From NCBI GenBank assembly GCA_030390025.1, contig CM059432.1:89344001-89408000 (forward strand): a stretch of DNA of 64,000 bases, read 5' to 3'. This stretch comes from Squalus acanthias. Its lineage: Eukaryota. Under the pieces are notes generated by a model, which was given only the letters and a program-made list of their open reading frames with translations, had not been told where the DNA came from and did no database searches. Shown here piece after piece: positions 52,225 to 63,180 of this stretch (its first letter is position 1; the number at the start of each line of letters is the position of its first letter). The translations under genes and the position numbers were made by a program.

Positions 52225-52555
52225 AAATATATTCTTGGGATGTGAGCATTGCTGATAAGGCTGGCATTTATTGCCCATCTCCAATTGCCCTGCAAAGGTG
52301 GTGGCGGCTCTGGAACTGAAAAGCTTGCTAGGCCACTTCAGACGGCATTGGTGTAGGACTGGAGTCACATATTGGCCAGACCGGATAAGGACGGCAGGTT
52401 TCCTTCCCTAAAGAACATTAGTGAACCAGTTGGGTTTTTACAACAACCTGACAGCTTCATGGTCACTTTTACTGATACCAGCTTTTGTTTTATTTCCATA
52501 TTTTTTAAACGGATTTCAATTTCTCAAACTGCTATGGTGGGATTTGAACTCACGT
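52225..52555 (-). mobile_element. tRNA-derived SINE with Meta-like core and a 3' tail shared with the 10613-12100 LINE family
   Basis: Minus strand: B-box-like GAGTTCAAATCCC (~52540-52552), core TTTAGGGAAGGAAACCTGCCGTCCTTATCCGGTCTGGCC...GTGACTCCAG, tail GGGCAATAAATGCC...CACATCCCAAG. The Meta-domain assignment is from memory. Confidence 0.7.
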
Positions 52556-52739
52556 TGCTGGGAACTGAAAATAAAAATAGAGAATGCTAGAAATACTCAG
52601 GATATTATTTTGTGAATCTGTATGCAGAGATTAGACAAGCGTGTAGCAAAGGCAGAGTGGTTTTAATGGGGGATTTTAACTTTCATATAGATTGGGATAA
52701 GCAGACTAGCATCCTGTCTGAAAGGTAATGAATTTCTTG

Positions 52740-52844
52740 CTCTTTCAGTTCCGACGAAGGGTTTCGACCTGAAACGTTAACTCTCTTTCTCTCTCCTCGG
52801 ATGTTGCCTGGCCTGCTGAGTTTTTCCAGCGTTTTCTGTTGTTA
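52740..52844 (+). mobile_element. 105-bp Penelope-like insertion with minimal hammerhead motif; 14-bp TSD
   Basis: TSD TAATGAATTTCTTG at 52726-52739 and 52845-52858. Motif AGTT-CCGACGA-A-GGGT(ttcg)ACCT-GAAA-CG-TT-AACT at 52747-52782. Confidence 0.8.
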
Positions 52845-54604
52845 TAATGAATTTCTTGAGTTGTCCGGGATAGTTTTCTGCAGCAATATGTCCTGGAGCC
52901 AACAAGGGGGCATGCCATATTAGATTTAGTAATGAGTAATGTGTAATGAATAATGAGCCAGATTTAGTTAACAGCCTAACTGTGTGTGAACATTTACCTA
53001 ATAGTGATCATAACATGATCAAGTTCAACACAGTGTTTGAAAGGGAGAAATGCGAAACAGCTATGAAGATTCTAGATTTAGGTAAGGCTGACTTCAATGG
53101 GATGAGGCAGAGACTGTCCACAGTAAACTGGACAAATCTGTTAATGGGTAAAACGACAGAGGATCAGTGGGAGGTGTTCAAAAAGGAATTTAAAGTGATA
53201 CAGAACCAGTTTATACCCCTAAGGGGCAAGAGCTCTACTTGCCATAAAAACAGCCATGGACGACTAAAGAGGTAAGAGACAACATAAAAGAAAAAGAAAA
53301 AGAAAAAGCATACAAAAATGCAAAAAATAGCACAGATCCTGGTGAATGGGAAAGATACAAAGAACAGCAAAGGGCCACAAAACAGATAGTAAGAGCTACA
53401 AAAAGGGAACTTTCAAGGGCTATCAAAATCAACACACAAAATATTACAATTACATTAGGAAAAAGAAGGTGGTCAGGAGCAATGTTGGCCCCTTGAAAAC
53501 CAATAACGGTGATATTTTCAATGATAATAAGGAAATGGTGGACTTGTTGAATAATTACTTTGCGTCAGTATTTACAGTAGAGGAAGATCCATGGAAACTA
53601 ATATTGAATCAGGGACAGGGACTCAACAAAATTAGCGTAAGCAAAATAACAGTAATGAAGAAAATAATGGCACTAAAGAGTGACAAATCCCCAGAACCAG
53701 ATGGTTTCCATCCCAGAGATTTAAAGGAAGTATGAGAGCGCATTGCAGATGCCCTAACTATAATCTTACAAAGTTATCTCGATTCATGAACCGTTCCTTT
53801 AGATTGGAAAATTGCTCATGTCACTCCGCTATTTAAGAATGGCAAGAGAGGAAAACCAGAGAATTATGACTAGTTAGCCTAACATCTGATGTCAGGAAAT
53901 TACTAGAGTCTATAATTAATGATAGAGTGACTGAACACCTTGAAAATTTTCAGCTGATCAGAGAAAGCCAGCACAGTTTTGTGAAAGGTAGGTCATGCCT
54001 GAGGAACTTGATTGAATTTTTTGAAGAGGTGACTAACGTAGTGGACAGGGCAATGTCTATGAATGTTATATATATGGACTTCCAGAAGGCATTTGATAAA
54101 GTCCTCAGAAGAGATTGTTAACTAAGGTTGAAGCCCATGGAATTGAAGGCAAATTATTGGCCTGGTTAGGAAATTGACTGAGCGGAGGGAATCAGAGAGT
54201 AGGGATAATGGGCAGGTACTCAAATTGGCAGTGGTGTCCCACAGGGATCTGTGTTGGGGCCTCAACTATTCACAGTATTTATTAACGACTTAGATGATGG
54301 CATAGAAAGTCATATATCCAAATTTGCCGATGACACAAAGATAGGCGGCATTGTAGGCAGTGTAGATGAAAGCTTAAAATTACAAAGGGATATTGATAGA
54401 TCAAGTGAATGGGCAAAACTGTGGCAAATGGATTTCAATGTAGGCAAATGTGAGGTCATCCACTTTGGACCTAAAAAGGATAGAACATGGTACTTTCTAA
54501 ATGGTGAAAGGCTAAAAACAGTGGACGTCCAAAAAGACTTGGGGGTCCAGGTACATCGATCATTAAAATATCATGAACAGGTACAGAAAATAATCAGAAA
54601 GGCT

Positions 54605-55217
54605 CATAAGAACATAAGAAATAGGAGCAGGAATAGGCCACTTGGCCCCTCAAGACGGCTCCGCCATTCAATAAGATCATGGCTGATCTTGGGCTCAAAG
54701 CCACTTCCCCGCCCGCTCCCCATAACCCTTTACTCCGTTATCTTGCAAAAATTTGTCTATCTCCACCTTAAATGTATTTAATGACCCAGCCTCCACGGCT
54801 CTCTGGGGCTGAGAATTCCACAGATTTACGACCCTCTGAGAGAAGAAATTCCTTCTCATTTCAGTTCTAAAAGGGTGACCCTTTATTCTAAAACTCTGCC
54901 CCCGCGTTCTAGATTTCCCCACGAGGGGAAACATCCTCTCTGCATCTACCTTGTCATGCCCCCTCAGTATCTTATATGTTGCAATAAGATCACCTCTCAT
55001 TCTTCTAAATTCCAATGAGTATAGGCCCAGCCTGCTCAACCTTTCCTCATAAGTCAAACCCCTCATCTCGTGAATCGTCTCTGAACTGCCTCCAATGCAA
55101 GCATATCCTTCCTTAAATAAGGAGACCAAAACTGTACGCAGTACTCAAGGTGTGGTCTCACCAATACCCTGTACAGTTGTAGCAGGACTTCCCTGCTTTT
55201 ATACTCCAACCCCTTTG
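54605..55217 (-). mobile_element. CR1 3' fragment inserted in opposite orientation into the host CR1
   Basis: ORF 54695-55129 is a CR1 C-terminus, with tail cataagaacataag at 54605. The host reads AAAGGCT|AATGGCATGCTGG across the insert. Confidence 0.88.
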
Positions 55218-56631
55218 AAATGGCATGCTGGCCTTTATATCTAGAGGACTAAAATACAATGGTGCAGGAGGGAGGGCTTTAGATTCCTGAGGCATTGGGA
55301 CCATTTCTGGGGAAGGTGGGACCTATACAAACTGGACAGGTTACACCTCAACAGAACCGGGACCAATATTCTCGCGGGGAGGTTTGCTAGTGCTGTTGGG
55401 GAGGGTTTAAACTAGCTTGGCAGGTGGATGGGTACCAGCATATAGGAGTAGAAAAGAGGAATAAGGTGCATGAAAGAGTGAGTGTGTTGGATAGTACTAG
55501 AGAAGAAATTAGTACTTGAGGCGGAAATAGTACCATATTAGATAGGAGCAGACCAAGAAAGACTACGAAAAATTCAAAAATGGGTTTAGAATGCATGTAC
55601 GTAAACGCACACAGTGAGGTAAAAAAGGTTGGTGAGCTACAAGCACAATTAGCCATGTGGCAATATGATGTTGTGGCAATAACGGAAACGTGGCTTAAAA
55701 ACGGTGAGGACTGGGCACTTAATATTCAAGGGTACAAAGTGTTCAGAAAAGATAGGGAAGGAAAAAAGGGAGGTGGGGTGGCAGTGCTGATTAAGGAAGA
55801 CATTGTAGTGCTGGAAAGGGAGGATGTTCTTGAGGGGACAAGGACAGAATCCATTTGGTTAGAGTTGAGGAGCAAAAAGGGTATGATCACGCTATTGGGG
55901 GTATTCTATAGGCCTCCAAATAGTGAGAGGGAGGTAGAGGAGCAAATCTGCAGGGAGTGAAATTAAGAAACACTTCTACACACAAAGGGTGGTAGACGTT
56001 TAGAACTCCCTTCCGTAAATGGCAATTAATGCCAGATCATTTGTTAATTTTAAATCTGAGATTGATAGATTTTTGTTAACCAAAGGTATTAAGGGATATG
56101 GGCTAAAGGCGGGTATATAGAGTTAGGTCACAGAGCAGCCATGATCTCATTGAATGGCGGAACAGACTCGAGGGGCTAAATGGCCTACTCCTGTTCCTAT
56201 GTTTAGTTGGGCATATAAATTAACATACGTCATAGGGAACCTTAAAGGGTGCAAAAGAAAGACGAAATTATGGAGTAAGTTAATCAGGGTTCTATGAGTC
56301 AGAATCTGAAAGAGAAAGCTAGTTTAATGTTTTGAAGCTGCGCTGAAGAGTTTACACCGAATGCATTAACCTCTCAGAGAGATGGAACAGCTGTAACAGG
56401 CCGAATGGCTTCTTTAAGTGCTATAAAACTCTATGAGGTGACGTTTCCTCCTGAGTGCACATCGTGCAGGCGGGCGGGCAGCCACCCAGTAGTCACAGCA
56501 GGAGACCTGGTTCGTTTTGCGGGCCGAGGTTATTTGCATCAGGACAGTGGGCTGCAACCGGCTTCGAGCTCGGGGCTGCCGGAATATCATGTGGCACAGC
56601 AGGGCTATAGCCAAATAAGACAGGTGCATTG

Positions 56632-57066
56632 GAGGCAGGGGGCGGGGCAGCTCCTTCCCGGGAAGGGGCGTTGCAGCTCGATCTCGGGAGGGGCGGGGCA
56701 CCGCGATCTCGATCTCGGCAGGGGGCGGGGCAGCTCCTTCCCGGGAAGGGGCGTTGCAGCTCGATCTCGGGAGGGGCGGGGCACCGCGATCTCGATCTCG
56801 GCAGGGGGTGGGGCAGCTCCTTCCCGGGAAGGGGTGGGGCAGCTCGATCTCGGGAGGGGCGGGGCACCGCGATCTCGATCTCAGGAGGGGGCGGGCCAGT
56901 TCGATCTCGGGAGGGGGCGGGGCAGTTCGATATCGGGAGGGGGCGGGGCACATCGATCTCGGGAGGGGAGAGGCAAATCAATCTCGAGAGGGGAGGGGCA
57001 GATCGATCTCGGGGGGGAGGGGCAGATCAATCTCGGGAGGGGGAGGGGCAGATCGATTTCAGGAGG
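56632..57066. repeat. G/CpG-rich minisatellite, left part; includes three 83-bp higher-order units
   Basis: Core GGGGCAGCTCGATCTCGGGAGG; CAGCTCCTTCCCGGGAAGGGG recurs at 56648, 56731 and 56814. Confidence 0.9.
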
Positions 57067-57260
57067 GGATATGGAGTGGAACTATAGTAGGGGGTGATGC
57101 ACAGCCAAATATAGAGGAAAAAACAAGTCAGCCTGGAAGGCAGAGCAAATATGTAATGGCACAAGGGAGTATGACAAGGCTGGTTGGCATTTATTTTAAT
57201 GCAAGGAGTCTTGCGAGTAAGGCAGATGAATTGAAGGTGTTGATGAACACATGGGACTAT

Positions 57261-57468
57261 CCATGATGTGGAGATGCCAGTGTTGGACTGGGGTGGACAA
57301 ATGTGAGAAGTCACACAACACCAGGTTATAGCCCAACAGCTTTATTTGAAATCACAAGCTTTCGGAGCGCTGCTCCTTCGTCAGGTGAAGTGATGAAGGA
57401 GCAGCGCTCCGAAAGCTTGTGATTTCAAATAAAGCTGTTGGACTATAACCTGGTGTTGTGCGACTTCT
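57261..57468. mobile_element. Fold-back Penelope-like mini-element with hammerhead motif; ~13-bp TSD
   Basis: TSD CACATGGGA(C/G)TAT at 57248-57260 and 57469-57481. Inverted arms 57301-57383 and 57391-57473 match at 80/83. Confidence 0.9.
57352..57388 (-). ncRNA. Minimal type I hammerhead ribozyme motif (intact core)
   Basis: Minus strand reads TCAC-CTGACGA-A-GGAGC(agc)GCTCC-GAAA-GC-TT-GTGA. Confidence 0.8.
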
Positions 57469-60282
57469 CACATGGGAGTATGATATTGTTGCTATCACAG
57501 AGACATGGTTGAGGGAGGGGCAGGACTGGCAGCTCAATATTCCGGGGTATAGAATCTTCAGGCGAGACAGAGGGGGGTGTAAAAGAGGAGGGGGTGTCGC
57601 AATATTAATCAAGGAGTCAATTACTGCTGTAAGGAGGGATGATATCTTAGCAGGTTCCTCTAATGAGGCCATATGGGTAGAACTTAAAAACAAAAAGGGG
57701 ACAAGCACTTTGCTGGGAGTGTACTATAGGCCCCCAAACAGTCAGGGGGAGATAGAGGAACAGATATGTAGGCAAATCTCAGAGAAGTGTAGAAATAATA
57801 GGGTAATAATAGTAGGGGATTTCAACTTCCCCAATATTAACTGGGATAGTCAGAGTGTGAAAGGCTTAGAGGGTGCGGAATTCTTAAAGTGCATCCAGGA
57901 GAGCTTTTTGAGCCAGCATGTAGAAAGTCCAACAAGAGAGGGGGCGGTACTGGACCTAATTCTAGGGAATGTATCCGGGCAAGTGGTAGATGTGTCAGTA
58001 GGAGAGCATTTTGGTGACAGTGACCATAATTCGGTGAGATTTAAGGTAGTCATGGAAAAGGACAAAGATGGACCGGAAATAAAGGTTCTAAACTGGGGGA
58101 AGGCCGATTTTAATATGATAAGGCAGGATCTGGCCAAAATGGACTGGGATCAGCTACTTGTAGGAAAATCCACATCAGAGCAATGGGAGTCTTTCAGAAA
58201 GGAAATAGAGAGAGTACAACGCCAACATGTTCCCGTAAAGGTCAAGGGTGGGACCAACAAGCCCAGGGAACCCTGGATGTCAAGGGATATACAAGAATGG
58301 ATTAGGAAAAAGATGAAGGCTTTTGGCAGATACAAAGGACTAAAAACAGTGGAAGCCCTAGAGGAGTATAGAAAGTGCAGGGGGGTACTTAAAAAAGAAA
58401 TTAGGAGAGCAAAGAGGGGGCATGAAAAAACACTGGTGGACAAAATAAAGGAAAATCCAAGGTGTTTTATAAGTATATTAAGGGCAAGAGGATAACCAGG
58501 GAGTAAGTAGGGCACATTAGGGACCAAAGTGGCAATCTGTGTATTGTGCCGGAAGATGTAGGTGAGGTTTTAAATGAATATTTTGCATCTGTGTTCACTA
58601 TGGAGAAGGGTGATGTAGGCATAGAAATCAGGCAGGGGGATTGTGATGTACTTGAACAAATTAGTATTGAGAGGGAGGAGGTACTAGCGGTTTTAGCGGG
58701 CTTAAAAGTGGATAAATCCCCAGGCCCTAACGGGATGTATCCCAGGCTGCTGTGTGAGGCAAGGGAGGAGATTGCAGGGGCTCTGACACAAATTTTCAGA
58801 ACCTCTCTGGCCACAGGGGAGGTGCCAGAGGACTGGAGAACAGCTAACATAGTACCATTGTTCAACAGGGGTAGTAGGGATAAACCAGGGAATTACAGGC
58901 CAGTGAGCCTAACATCAGTGGTAGGGAAATTAGTGGGAAAAATTCTGAGGGACAGAATTAGTCTCCACTTGGAGAGGCAGGGATTAATCAAGAATAGTCA
59001 GCATGGCTTTGTCAGGGGGAGATCATGTCTGACCAATTTGATTGAATTTTTTGAGGGGGTGACTAGGTGTGTGGATGAGGGTAGTGCAGTTGATGTAGTC
59101 TACATGGACTTCAGTAAGGCTTTTGACAAAGTCACACATGGGAGACTGGTCAAGAAGGTAAGAGCCCATGGGATCCAGGGCAATTTGTCACATTGGATCC
59201 AAAATTGGCTTAGTGGCAGGAGGCAGAGGGTGATGGTCGAAGGTTGTTTTTGTGACTGGAAGCCTGTGTCCAGTGGTGTACCGCAGGGATCGGTGCTGGG
59301 TCCTTTGCTGTTTGTAGTGTACATTAATGATTTAGATATGAATGTAGGAGGTATGATCAGTAAGTTCGCAGATGACACGAAAATTGGTGGAGTGGTAAAT
59401 AGTGAGGAGGGAAGCCTCAGGCTATAGGACGATATAGACGGGATGGTTAGATGGGCAGAACAGTGGCAAATGAAATTTAACCCTGAAAAGTGTGAGGTGA
59501 TGCATTTAACAGGACAAACAAGACAAGGGAATACACAATGAATGGTAGGATCCTAGGAAGGACAGAGGATCAGAGGGACCTTGGTGTGCATGTACATAGA
59601 TCCCTGAAGGCAGCAGGACAGGTAGATAAGGTGGTTAAAAAGGCATATGGGATACTTGCCTTCATTAGCCGAGGCATAGAATATAAGAGCAGGGAGGTTA
59701 TGATGGAGCTGTACAAAACATTAGTTAGGCCACAGCTGGAATACTGTGTGCAGTTCTGGTCACCACACTATAGGAGGGATGTAATTGCATTGGAGAGGGT
59801 GCAGAGGAGATTCATCAGGATGTTACCTGAGCTGGAGCGCTTCAGCTATGAAGAGAGACTGGACAGGCTGGGGTTGTTTTCTTTAGAGCAGAGAAGGCTG
59901 AGGGGGACCTGATTGAGGTGTACAAAATTATGAGGGGCATAGATAGGGTAGATAGAAAGGAACTTTTCCACTTAGTAGAGGGGTCAATAACCAGGGGGCA
60001 TAGATTCAAGGTAAGGAGCAGGAGGTTTAGAGGGGATTTGAGGAAAAACTTTTTCACCTAGAGGGTGGTTGGAATCTGGAACTCACTGCCTGAAAGGGTG
60101 GTAGAGGCAGGAACCCTCACAACATTCAAGAAGCATTTAGATGAGCACATGAAACGCCATAGCATACAAGGCTACGGACCAAGTGCTGGAAGATGGGATT
60201 AGAATAGACAGGGCTTGATGGCCGGCGTGGACACGATGGGCCGAAGGGCCTCTTTCTGTGCTATATGACTCTATGACTATGA

Positions 60283-60790
60283 GGGCGAGGAGGGGGAGGG
60301 GGAGGGTAGCTCGATCTCGGGAGGGGGTGGGACAGGCACGATCTCGGAAGGGGGAGGGGCGGGGCAGCTCGATTTCGGGAGGGGGCAGGGGCAGCTCGAT
60401 CTCGGGAGGTGGAGGGGGCGGGGCAGTGTGATCTCGGGAGGGGAGGGGTCGGGGCAGCTCGATCTCGGGAGGGGGAGAGGGCGGGGCAGCTCGATCTCGG
60501 GAGGGGGAGAGGGCGGGGCAGCTCGATCTCGGGAGGGGGAGGGGGCGGGGCAGCTCGATCTCGGGAGGGGGAGAGGGCGGGGCAGCTCGATCTCGGGAGG
60601 GGGAGGGGGCGGGGCAGCTCGATCTCGGGAGGGGTAGAGGGTGGGGCAGCTCGATCTCGGGAGGGGGAGGGGTCGGGGCAGCTCGATCTCGGGAGGGGGA
60701 GGGGGCGGGGCAGCTCGATCTCGGGAGGGGGCGGGGCAGCTCGATCTCGGGAGGGGGCGGGGCAGCTCGATCTCGGGAGGGGGAGGAGGC
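60283..60790. repeat. G/CpG-rich minisatellite, right part (about 16 units of ~26-33 bp)
   Basis: Tandem GGGGCAGCTCGATCTCGGGAGGGGG with variable G/A spacers. Confidence 0.92.
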
Positions 60791-60819
60791 CGGATTTGTG
60801 AAGTCTGGAGGTGCCCTCT

Positions 60820-61075
60820 TCCTCTTTTAATGTAAACCAATCAATTATCTGTAACTAAATAAAACTTTAAAGGAAACTTAACAAATCAAATTAAAATTTG
60901 GTAGTCCGGGGTGACGATGCACTCCAGCCCCCGCGGCGCCCACCGGTCGCGGAAAAACTCAAGCGTGCCGGCGGACACCGCGTGCTCCATCTCCAGGGCC
61001 ACCCGGGCACGAACATGGCCGCGGAAGAGAGGCAGGCAATCGGGCCGAACGAGGAGGTGCCCTCTTGCTGCTCCC
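60820..61075 (-). mobile_element. Tx1/L1-group LINE ORF2 C-terminal fragment with short 3'UTR
   Basis: DCLPLFRGHVRARVALEMEHAVSAGTLEFFRDRWAPRGLECIV...stop resembles Tx1-type ORF2 C-termini (recognised from memory); CpG-rich. Confidence 0.6.
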
Positions 61076-62785
61076 AGCTTCACAAAAAGAAAGAGAAACT
61101 TACTTTTGGGATCGTCTTCAGCTCGGCCACCAGCTGATACAGGTCGGAGCATGCACGGTACACACGCCAGCCATTTCAGTCCAAAAAGGGCAGTCAAGGT
61201 CCTATTGATGGCATGGAATCCTGATTAATTTACTCCATAATTTCATCTTTCTTTTGCGCCGTTTAAGGCTGCCTATGAGAGAAGTTTATTTTTATGCCCA
61301 ACGAACCAGACAGATTCACAAAATAATACAATACAATACAAATGAAATGATAAACATAGACTATCACAAAAATTACTGCAATGTGGTATCCAGTAGGCTC
61401 TGTGCTGGAATAGCATACTTCAACTACCACTTTAAGTTGTATTCCAGTGTTTCACTATTAATTGTCCTGTGACATTCATGAGAACTGTTGTTATCATCTT
61501 CATGCATTATCATTTGAAGTAAATACAGCATGGTCAGAAGATTATCAAGGTGGATACTCACAGTCAATGGTGGTCCACGCTGATATCACTGTAACCACTG
61601 CATATTATTCTATAGAAAGTAACAACTCAGTTGGAGTGAAGGGTTTCATTTCACATTCCCAGGGTTCAGATGACACAAGCATCTGATAGTTTTTAATGTT
61701 ATCTGAACTGGGAGATTGTGTCACAGCCTTCTACCATACTACAATCCAATTATATATGTAAAAGTACATTGGAAAATTCAAAGATGTGTAAAAAAAAATG
61801 CAGCAAAAGTGCCACAGAATATGCAGAGGTGGATAAAAGAATCTGTAGCATAGCCTTGGTATGATAGGTTTCAGATTTGAAGTGCACATTAGATCATGTA
61901 GTGTTCCAATCAAATGCATAGCAGTGGAATAGGTGAAACATTCTCTTATTGTAATTCATGTATTTCAGAGGGTGTGCTACTTCATTGCAACTGGGCAGAG
62001 GAAAGCTCTGACTTATTTTTAACAACCTGAATGTTTTATGGTCTGCATATTATTAGTGATGCAGTGTAAAGCACCAGATTACTGCAGTAAGTGATGGAAC
62101 AAGTGAAATGTTTGCTTCAGAGCACTTTCCTGTTAACTTTTGTTGATAAGAAAACACTGGTTCAGCTAAAAGGAGACACAAGTGTAGAAACTTTAGGGTT
62201 AAGTAAAATGAATAAACCAAAAAATGTGGATGATTACCATTTAAGTTCCAAGAAAGGAAGTGCAAACACATATTGTGTATCTAGCTGTGCAAGTCACTGC
62301 AAAATGACAATTTAAAACAATTCAAAGTGAGTGATCTAGAATAGAAATATCAGCAAGAGCTTTTGATGTGCTCAACAAAGAGGGATATGAAACAGACTCC
62401 AAGACAAGATGGACTTAGGAATTCATTCCAATTTAGACTCCAAACTTTGTTGTCTGATATTATTCAGACCACTTTGTGCATTTATATCTTTTATTCATTG
62501 CCCCTTTCTGCCAAATGTTTCTTAATGTAAATTTAAAAACAGGCATGAAATTACATATAGAAAGCAAAAACATCAATAATGAGTGTCACTCAAAAAATTC
62601 TGTTTTAACATAAATAAGATATTTTAACCTTGCGTTCAATAAAACAGCATTGTGTCATTAAAAAATGAAGCACTAGTGAAATAAATTTATGTATTTCAGC
62701 CTCTTCTCCTTTTCAATTTTTTATTTGAGAATTTAGAGAAAGTGTGATAGCGCTTGAGTTACTCCAATGTGCAAGTGTTTGACCT

Positions 62786-63180
62786 ACAACAACAACTCTT
62801 ATTTATATAGTGTCTTTAACATAGTAAAACGTCCCAAGGCACTTCACAGGATCAATTATCAAACAAAATTTGACACCGAGCGACATAAAGAGATATTAAG
62901 ACAGGCGAGGTAGGTTTTAAGGAGCATCTTAAAGGAGGAGAGAGTGGTAGAGAGGCAAAGAGGTTTAGGGAGGGAATTTCAGTGCTTAGGGCCAAGGCAA
63001 CTGAATCCACGGTTGCCAATGATCGAGCGAAGAAAATCAGGGATGCACAAGAGGTCAGAACTGGAGGAGCGCAGAAATCTCGGAGAGTTGTAGAGCTTGA
63101 TGAGGTTACAGAGATAGGGCAGGGCGAGGCTATGGAGGGATTTGTAAACAAGGATGAGAATTTTAAAATCGAGGCGTTAC
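62786..63180 (-). mobile_element. L2 3' end fragment
   Basis: Reverse complement of the L2 end at 9870-10130, plus a (CAA)n tail and 'aaaacgtcccaaggcacttcaca'. Confidence 0.85.

Larger units (their letters stand above)
52615..56202 (+). mobile_element. Heavily degraded CR1 (EN to 3' end) with nested pieces
   Basis: GDFN, SDHNMI, KSP.PDG.HPR, MDFQKAFDKV and FADDT fragments. It resumes at ~55218 after an inverted CR1 insert and ends at 55960-56202. A separate ORF1-end/EN segment occupies ~55265-55957. Confidence 0.85.
57066..60282 (+). mobile_element. Young CR1 with essentially complete but disrupted ORF2 (APE + RT) and 3' tail
   Basis: FNARSL (~57195), ITETWL/GDFN/SDH (57458-58495), RT (58546-59427), C-terminus 59538-60200 and a ctatga tail. 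Frameshifts, a stop at 59425, and an insertion at 57261. Confidence 0.95.

Noticed and set aside
56340..56375. CTGAAGAG...CCGAATGCATTAAC as another hammerhead
   Set aside because: GAAA is broken, stem II does not pair convincingly and there is no TSD; at most a very decayed relic.
56405..57266. Long Gly/Arg/Pro-rich ORFs on both strands (also 60277-60840)
   Set aside because: These are translations of the stop-free minisatellite, not genes.
60283..60790. CRISPR-like repeat-spacer appearance
   Set aside because: The spacers are just variable G/A runs, there are no cas genes, and the context is eukaryotic.
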